33,264 nt of DNA from Armatimonadota bacterium (GTDB lineage: Bacteria; Armatimonadota; Fimbriimonadia; Fimbriimonadales; GBS-DC), in assembly GCA_037444405.1 (NCBI GenBank), contig JBBIML010000032.1, positions 1-33,264 of the forward strand. The letters are read 5' to 3'. This document shows, in pieces, positions 27,305 through 33,264 of the stretch. The notes under the pieces were generated by a model. That model saw only the letters and a program-made list of their open reading frames with translations, ran no database searches and was not told the DNA's origin. The translations under genes were made by a program, and so were the position numbers. Each line of letters opens with the position of its first letter. Positions within the stretch are counted from its first letter, which is position 1.

Positions 27305-29539
27305 ATGACACTGTGGCAAGCAATTAAGATTCTCAAGCGGCGCTGGTGGCTGATTGGACTCGTCACGGGTGTGGTCACCGGGGCGGTCTTCGCCTACTAC
27401 TGGTCGCAGCCGCGCGAGTTTGAGGGCTTTATGACGGTGGCGGAGTTCCGCTCGATCATCGCCAATCGCACGGTCATCTATCCCGATCCCTACACCCTGC
27501 AGGTCGACCTCATCACGCGCCTGCAGAATGTCGCCAATGTGATTGGCAGCTACACCGTGCTGATGAGTACATGGCGCGAGCTGAAAGATAGCGGGCAGTG
27601 GGACCCCGCCGAACGCATCAAGGAACAGTACCCGCTGAACGAACAGGACTATGCGGGCGTGATCGATCTGGCGAGCCGTCTGGAGATTAAGCCGCTGCCT
27701 AACACCGAATATTTGCGGGTCACGCTGCGGGTGCCCGGCGACATCGATCGTGCGCCTGCGCAGGCGCAGTACGCGATGGAGGTGCTGCTGCGCAAGTTTC
27801 AGGAGCATTATCAGGCGTTGAACGAGCAGACCGCCCGCCCCTCCCGCGAGTTCATTCAGCGACAGTATGAAGATGCCCAGCGCGAATATGAGCGCGCTTC
27901 CCGCCGACTCAGCGAGTACCTGAACCAGAACAAAGATGTGATTCAGGCGGATAACCAGACCAATATCCTGCTGCAGAACATCGCACGCGCCGAGACGCAG
28001 CTGTTCGACGCGGAGCGAACCCAGAAGGAGGCTTACGCCCGCCTGGCGCAGGTGCACCAGCAGCTCAAACAGGAGGCGAACAACCCCGAAGGGGGCGCCT
28101 ACAAGGAGCTGAGCCGGGTCGTGCGATACAATCCGATTCTCCAGCAGCTGCAATCGGATCTGGCTCGTGCCGAGAACGAACTGCAAGGGTTGCAGCTGCA
28201 GGGTTTTGGCGACAACTGGCCTGATGTGCAACGGCTCAAAGGGCGAATCGAAGACATCAAAGCCAAAATCCGTACCGAGCAGAAAACGATTCTGGACGCG
28301 CGAACCACGGGCGTTAACACACTTTACGAGACCCTCAAGCGCGATTATCTGCAGGCGATTGTGGACGCGCAGACCGCTGATAAGCGGGTGGCGGAGCTGC
28401 GAACCCAGGTCCAGCAGTTGAGAAGCCGGCTCGAAGGTTTGCCTGACCGCCAGCGCACCTATGAGCAATTACGCCTCGATGTGGCGCTGGCGCAGCAGAA
28501 GGTTCAGCTGCTGAAGACCAAGCTGGATGAGGCATTAGCCCGCGAAGCCGAAACGCAGTCGGCGGGGCTGATCAAGCTCATCGATGCGCCGGGCGCCCAG
28601 CCAGTGGACAAGCAGATCCCTCTGCGCGTGGCGCTGGCATTTGTGTTGAGCCTGTTGCTGTCCACAGGGCTGGTGCTGCTGCTGGGTCAGGTGGATCAGT
28701 CGATCTACACGCCGTCGCAGGCAGAGGCGCTGTTCGGGATTCCCGTGGTTGCCGCGTTGCCGCGCATGCGCCGTGCCCTGCTGGCTCGTGACCGTGCGGA
28801 GCAGACGCCGCTCAGCGCCTCCTATCAGCTGCTCTCCACCAGCCTGATGGACGCGAACGGGCGTCTGAAGGGACCCGCGGTCGCCATCACGGGCGCGGAC
28901 CCCGATGTGGGGCGCAGCACCGTCGCCTATAACCTCGCGCTGACGCTCGCACGCGACGGCGCCCGCGTGGTGCTGATCGACGCCGACATGCGCCAGCCGT
29001 CCCTCCACCGCCTGCTGCGCACCGACGCCAGCCACCCCGGACTGAGCGAACTGCTGCAGGGGCAGGTCAGCCTGGAGCAGGCGGTTCAGCAGACACCCAT
29101 CGAGGGGCTGGTGTTCATCGGCGCCGGACTGCCACCCGATAATCCAATTCGGCTATTGCGCTCGCCTCAGTGCCAGGAGCTGCTGAACACGCTGTCGAAA
29201 GTGGCGGACTTCATCGTGGTGGACACGCCCGCGGGTGCCACCTTCGCCGACGGCACGATTATCGGGCTGGCGACAGGCAATGTGCTGATTGTGCATGCGG
29301 CGGGCAACCCGATCACCGACTCGACGCGCGAGATGCTCGCCCGATTCAATCAGGCGGGTCTCAACCTGGTAGGCGTGGTACTGAACAAGGTGCGGCTGGA
29401 CGACAGCACGGTCTATCGCCACTTCCAGCGCGCCTATCGGCAGGCGATTGAGACGCGCAACGGTCTGGCGCGCGCCGCGCTTCCACCCAGCAGCCGCAGC
29501 GAGGAAGCCGAATCGGAGCAGACCGCGCCACGCGACTGA
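27305..29539 (+). CDS. Wzc/GumC-like chain-length determinant with BY-kinase-like domain
   Basis: TM, coiled coil, TM, then P-loop-like GADPDVGRST, LIDADMRQP, VVDTP, GVVLNK. Confidence 0.88.
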   Translation: MTLWQAIKILKRRWWLIGLVTGVVTGAVFAYYWSQPREFEGFMTVAEFRSIIANRTVIYPDPYTLQVDLITRLQNVANVIGSYTVLMSTWRELKDSGQWDPAERIKEQYPLNEQDYAGVIDLASRLEIKPLPNTEYLRVTLRVPGDIDRAPAQAQYAMEVLLRKFQEHYQALNEQTARPSREFIQRQYEDAQREYERASRRLSEYLNQNKDVIQADNQTNILLQNIARAETQLFDAERTQKEAYARLAQVHQQLKQEANNPEGGAYKELSRVVRYNPILQQLQSDLARAENELQGLQLQGFGDNWPDVQRLKGRIEDIKAKIRTEQKTILDARTTGVNTLYETLKRDYLQAIVDAQTADKRVAELRTQVQQLRSRLEGLPDRQRTYEQLRLDVALAQQKVQLLKTKLDEALAREAETQSAGLIKLIDAPGAQPVDKQIPLRVALAFVLSLLLSTGLVLLLGQVDQSIYTPSQAEALFGIPVVAALPRMRRALLARDRAEQTPLSASYQLLSTSLMDANGRLKGPAVAITGADPDVGRSTVAYNLALTLARDGARVVLIDADMRQPSLHRLLRTDASHPGLSELLQGQVSLEQAVQQTPIEGLVFIGAGLPPDNPIRLLRSPQCQELLNTLSKVADFIVVDTPAGATFADGTIIGLATGNVLIVHAAGNPITDSTREMLARFNQAGLNLVGVVLNKVRLDDSTVYRHFQRAYRQAIETRNGLARAALPPSSRSEEAESEQTAPRD

Positions 29540-29555
29540 TACCACTCCAGGACAA

Positions 29556-29620
29556 CCTCCTCTCCCCAGAGGGGAGAGGAGGGATAAGGGGCTACCCCTT
29601 CCACCCTCACAGAGAGGGTG
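29556..29620. repeat. CCCTCTCCC-family palindrome plus degenerate partner in the wzc-sugar transferase spacer
   Basis: CCTCCTCTCCCC-AGA-GGGGAGAGGAGG (12-bp perfect stem) and CACCCTC-ACAGA-GAGGGTG. Confidence 0.7.
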
Positions 29621-29650
29621 AGAAAGGGACATACAGCAGGAGAAAGGAGC

Positions 29651-30364
29651 ATGGCTATAATATCGAGCCGACCGACGATAACGGAGACGGCGACGAAGGA
29701 GCAGAGTGCGCATGCGCCTGCCCTCTCGCCCTTTGCCGAATATGTGCCCGAAGTGCGAATCCCGCACTACTGGGCGAAACGCGCGCTCGATATCGTCGTC
29801 TCCGCGCTTGCGCTGCTCATCCTGGCGCCCCTCATGCTGCTGATCGCCCTGCTCATCCGCCTCGAATCACCTGGACCCGTGCTGTTCCGCCAGATTCGGC
29901 TCGGGCGCTACGGCAAGCCATTCATCATGTATAAATTCCGTTCCATGCGCTGCAATGCGCAGGAACTGCAACCCCTGCTGATGCATATGAACGAGAAGCA
30001 GGGTGGCGCGTTCAAGATTCGGCACGACCCGCGCATGACGCGCGTCGGGCGATTCATCCGCAAATACAGCCTCGACGAGCTGCCCCAGCTGTTTAATGTT
30101 CTCAAAGGCGATCTGAGCCTGGTGGGTCCCCGCGCGATGGCGCCCTACGATGTGAACCGCTTCGACGATGTGAGCTACTATCGTCGCTTCGCCGTGCCGC
30201 AGGGCTGCACAGGGCTGTGGCAGGTAAGCGGGCGCAGCAACCTCACCTTCGAAGAGTGGATGCGCCTCGACCTCTACTATGTGGACAACATCTCCTTCTG
30301 GCTGGACCTCAAAATCCTGCTGAAGACGATCCCGGCGATCCTTAAGGGTGATGGAGCGTACTGA
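29651..30364 (+). CDS. Priming polyprenyl-phosphate sugar phosphotransferase (Bac_transf)
   Basis: [68 protein letters not shown]. Confidence 0.94.
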   Translation: MAIISSRPTITETATKEQSAHAPALSPFAEYVPEVRIPHYWAKRALDIVVSALALLILAPLMLLIALLIRLESPGPVLFRQIRLGRYGKPFIMYKFRSMRCNAQELQPLLMHMNEKQGGAFKIRHDPRMTRVGRFIRKYSLDELPQLFNVLKGDLSLVGPRAMAPYDVNRFDDVSYYRRFAVPQGCTGLWQVSGRSNLTFEEWMRLDLYYVDNISFWLDLKILLKTIPAILKGDGAY

Positions 30365-31304
30365 ACGGGTCTATCTGGTGACGGGGGGCGCAGGGTTCAT
30401 CGGTTCGCACCTGGTGCGGTTCCTGCTCGCGCGTGGCGCGGTGCGCGTGCTGGACGACTTCTCCACAGGCACGCTGGACAATCTCGCCGAGGTGCTGGAT
30501 TCGGTTGAACTCTTTCGCGGCAGTGTTACGGATGCCGCGCTGGTACAGAAGGCAGTGGAGGGCTGCGAGATTATTTTTCATTTAGCGGCGCAGGTGTCGG
30601 TGCCGCTCTCGCTGGAGCAGCCGGTGGAAACTTTTGAGGTAAACCTGTACGGCACACAGTTGCTGCTGGAGGCGGCGCGTCAGGCAGGCGTGCGCCGATT
30701 CGTGTTCGCCTCGTCAGCAGCGGTGTATGGCGATTCGCCGCGCCTGCCCAAACGCGAGACGATGCAACCGCGCCCCATCTCGCCCTATGCATGGAGCAAA
30801 TGGTATGGTGAGCTGCTCTGCCACGACTATGGGCGCGTCTACGGCGTGCCGACAGTCAGCCTGCGCTTCTTCAATGTGTACGGACCGCGCCAGAACCCGC
30901 GCTCGCAGTACGCGGCTGTCGTGCCGCGCTGGATCACCGCCGCGCTCACCGACCGCAAGCCTATCATCTACGGCGACGGCAAACAGATGCGCGACTTCGT
31001 GTATATTGATGACCTACTGCAGGGCATCTGGCTGGCAGCCACCCATCCGGATGCGGTTGGGCGCGTGTTCAATCTTGCCAGCGGGCGCGCCTATACGCTG
31101 CTGGAGCTGCTGCAGGCGGTCGAGCAGGCGGCGGGCTATCCGCTGGAACCCCAGTTCGCGCCACCCCGACCGGGCGACATCCGACGCTCCTGGGCGGATA
31201 TCCGCGCCGCGCGTGGAATATTAGGCTATGAACCCAGAATCTCACTGCAGGAAGGCATTCAGCGGACGCTGAACGCCTATCGGGAGGCATTAAGCGCATC
31301 ATGA
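30351..31304 (+). CDS. NAD-dependent NDP-sugar epimerase/dehydratase (GalE/WbpP-like SDR)
   Basis: TGGAGFIGSH, FASSAAVYG, SPYAWSK (YxxxK), RFFNVYGPRQ, GDGKQMRDF. Confidence 0.93.
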   Translation: MERTERVYLVTGGAGFIGSHLVRFLLARGAVRVLDDFSTGTLDNLAEVLDSVELFRGSVTDAALVQKAVEGCEIIFHLAAQVSVPLSLEQPVETFEVNLYGTQLLLEAARQAGVRRFVFASSAAVYGDSPRLPKRETMQPRPISPYAWSKWYGELLCHDYGRVYGVPTVSLRFFNVYGPRQNPRSQYAAVVPRWITAALTDRKPIIYGDGKQMRDFVYIDDLLQGIWLAATHPDAVGRVFNLASGRAYTLLELLQAVEQAAGYPLEPQFAPPRPGDIRRSWADIRAARGILGYEPRISLQEGIQRTLNAYREALSAS

Positions 31305-32239
31305 AGACGGAACTGGCACATGGGCAACCGTCGGAACGGGTTGAGGGGGTCAGCCGCGCTCACCCGCTGGCGATGGTGGTCGCGCTGGTACAGGCGATGC
31401 GCCCGCATCAGTGGATAAAAAACACGCTGGTGTTCGCTGCGCTGCTGTTCACCGCGCGGTTTATGCAGGTGGAGCTGGTATGGCTGAGCCTGCTCGGTTT
31501 CACCGCGCTCTGCATGGTGTCCGGTGGCTTGTATCTGCTGAACGACCTGCGTGATCGGGAACGCGACCGTCATCATCCTGTGAAGTTGCAGCGCCCGATC
31601 GCGTCGGGGCGATTGCCCGTGCCGGTGGCATGGGTGGCGGCACTAACGCTGCTGACGGCTGGGCTGACGCTGGCGTTCGCCCTGCGCACCCCGTTCGGCG
31701 CCGTGGTGCTGACCTACGCCGTGCTGACCAACCTCTACACGCTCTATCTGAAGCAGTTCCCGATTCTGGATGTGGCGGTGATCGCGCTCGGCTTCCTGCT
31801 GCGGGCGGTTTCGGGCGCCGTGCTGATCGAGGTGACGATCTCCCCATGGCTGATTATCTGCACCTTCTTCCTCGCGCTCTTTCTGGGCTTTGCGAAGCGT
31901 CGCCATGAGCTGATTGCGCTCGGCACGGACGCCACGCAGCACCGCAACACGCTCGGCGAATACTCCACCACCATCCTCGAACACCTGCTGACGATGTGCA
32001 TGGTGTTCGCCATCCAGTCCTATGCCATCTATGTGATTCTATCGGATACGGCGAAACACCATCCCGGACTCTGGTATACTTTGCCTGTGGTGACTTACGG
32101 GCTGTTTCGGTACTTTTATCTGGTTCACCGCTACGATGCGGGCGGCAGCCCGGAGCGCTTGATTGTGAGCGACCGCCATATCGCACTGTCGGTGCTGGTC
32201 TGGCTGGGCATCGTGCTATGGGTGATGATGAGGAGTTAG
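31301..32239 (+). CDS. UbiA-family decaprenyl-phosphate phosphoribosyltransferase-like protein
   Basis: MRPHQWIKN.LVF, YLLND..D...DR.HPVK..RPIASG, GFLLRA, LFLGFAKRRHEL, YG.FRY, GGSPE. Confidence 0.88.
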   Translation: MKTELAHGQPSERVEGVSRAHPLAMVVALVQAMRPHQWIKNTLVFAALLFTARFMQVELVWLSLLGFTALCMVSGGLYLLNDLRDRERDRHHPVKLQRPIASGRLPVPVAWVAALTLLTAGLTLAFALRTPFGAVVLTYAVLTNLYTLYLKQFPILDVAVIALGFLLRAVSGAVLIEVTISPWLIICTFFLALFLGFAKRRHELIALGTDATQHRNTLGEYSTTILEHLLTMCMVFAIQSYAIYVILSDTAKHHPGLWYTLPVVTYGLFRYFYLVHRYDAGGSPERLIVSDRHIALSVLVWLGIVLWVMMRS

Positions 32240-32242
32240 GCG

Positions 32243-32770
32243 ATGTTGACGAGCGCACGCACACTGATGAACAGCCTGCCCCCTGGGGTTCGGCAATTTT
32301 TGAAGTTTTGCACGGTGGGCGCGTTCAACACCGCGCTGGACTGGGGGCTGGCGTTCGTGCTGACCTACTTTACGCCGATTCCGCGCCTGCTGGGTGGCTG
32401 GCTGGCAAACGGGCTGAACACGCTCGGCTTTGCGCTGCGCCCCGAATCCCTCGCGGTGTTCGTCACCAAAGTCATCTCGTCGGGCACGGCGACCTGCAAC
32501 AGCTTCATCTGGAACCGTCGCTGGACTTTCCGCATTCAGGGTCGCCATGCGCGCACGCGCCAGTTCGCCCGCTTCGTGACGGTAAATGTGATTGGGATGC
32601 TGCTGAACTCCACTATCACCACGCTGATTGTGCGCCCTTTCCTGCCCCCACCGCCGCACAAGCCGCACCCGCTGCTGTTTATGGGCGCGCAGGCGGTCGC
32701 CACGCTGATCGTGCTGTTCTGGAACTTCTTCGCGAACAAATACTGGACCTTCAAAGACGCCATGCCTTAA
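32243..32770 (+). CDS. GtrA family flippase-like membrane protein
   Basis: QFLKFCTVGAFNT..D, NSFIWNRRWTF, FWNFFANKYWTF. Confidence 0.9.
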   Translation: MLTSARTLMNSLPPGVRQFLKFCTVGAFNTALDWGLAFVLTYFTPIPRLLGGWLANGLNTLGFALRPESLAVFVTKVISSGTATCNSFIWNRRWTFRIQGRHARTRQFARFVTVNVIGMLLNSTITTLIVRPFLPPPPHKPHPLLFMGAQAVATLIVLFWNFFANKYWTFKDAMP

Positions 32771-32785
32771 CGGGAGGCTAAGACG

Positions 32786-33264
32786 ATGCTGGATCAGTTC
32801 TTATTAGAGTTGAAGCGGCTGCCGCGCCCCCACCCTGTGTGGGCGGTGTTTGTGGTGGCGTTTATCGGCGCGTTGCTGTATGCCTATCGCGAGGTGATTG
32901 AGTGGTACTGGCTCCCGCGTTGGGGCGACCCCAACGGCTACTATTCGTATGCCTATCTGGTGCCGCCGCTGGCGATTGTGATGATCTGGATGCGGCGGGA
33001 GCAGCTGCTGCAACTGCAGGCTCAACCCTCGTGGTGGGGCATCCCTGTGCTGCTGTGGGGCGCAGGACTGCACCTGCTGGGGCACTGGGGCTGGTCCAGC
33101 TGGCTCTCCAGCATGGGCTTTCCGCTCTTTCTGATTGGGGGTAGCCTGCTGCTGTTCGGCATGCGCATCACGCGCGTGCTGCTCTACCCGTTGCTCTTCC
33201 TCTACCTGATGATGCCGATGCCCTCCGTCGTGTTCGATGAAATCACCAACCCTATCAAGGTATG
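32786..33264 (+). CDS. Exosortase family protein, N-terminal part (3' truncated by window)
   Basis: Manual translation MLDQFLLELK...W.DPNGYYSYAYLVPPLA...QPSWWG...YPLLFLYLMMPMP, after GGAGG. Matches the exosortase N-terminal pattern. Catalytic Cys/Arg/His lie beyond the window. Not in the ORF track. Confidence 0.82.
   Translation, partial: MLDQFLLELKRLPRPHPVWAVFVVAFIGALLYAYREVIEWYWLPRWGDPNGYYSYAYLVPPLAIVMIWMRREQLLQLQAQPSWWGIPVLLWGAGLHLLGHWGWSSWLSSMGFPLFLIGGSLLLFGMRITRVLLYPLLFLYLMMPMPSVVFDEITNPIKV

Noticed and set aside
26759..28468. 569 aa minus-strand ORF
   Set aside because: Shadow of wza/wzc, with no RBS or domain evidence
32804..33144. Short ORFs given in the track near the right end
   Set aside because: They are out-of-frame or antisense to the open exosortase frame starting at 32786

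Overview
High-GC bacterial chromosome segment. Gene content (PEP-CTERM protein, exosortase, SLBB/Wzc locus, ScpB, YlxR) suggests Armatimonadota, but this is inference. It is mostly housekeeping: dnaE, nusA-ylxR behind a rimP-leader-type attenuator with no rimP, trpG, scpB, TPP riboswitch-thiC, murA-folE2-znuCB-vanZ. The left edge holds the end of a PEP-CTERM protein that the ORF track missed. The right edge is a sigma54-preceded EPS/exosortase operon. Most notable: (1) a ~300 aa membrane protein with presenilin/SPP-type motifs (xD, GxGD, PAL) next to scpB; (2) two families of palindromic repeats (CCCTCTCCC..GGGAGAGGG and GTAG-type REPs) that also sit in frame inside dnaE, a TPR gene and the scpB 3' end; (3) a ClpA-like ATPase with a degenerate first AAA module; (4) a recurring GG-extended -10 promoter motif, including a perfectly symmetric bidirectional site. 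No CRISPR array, tRNA, rRNA or transposase was seen.
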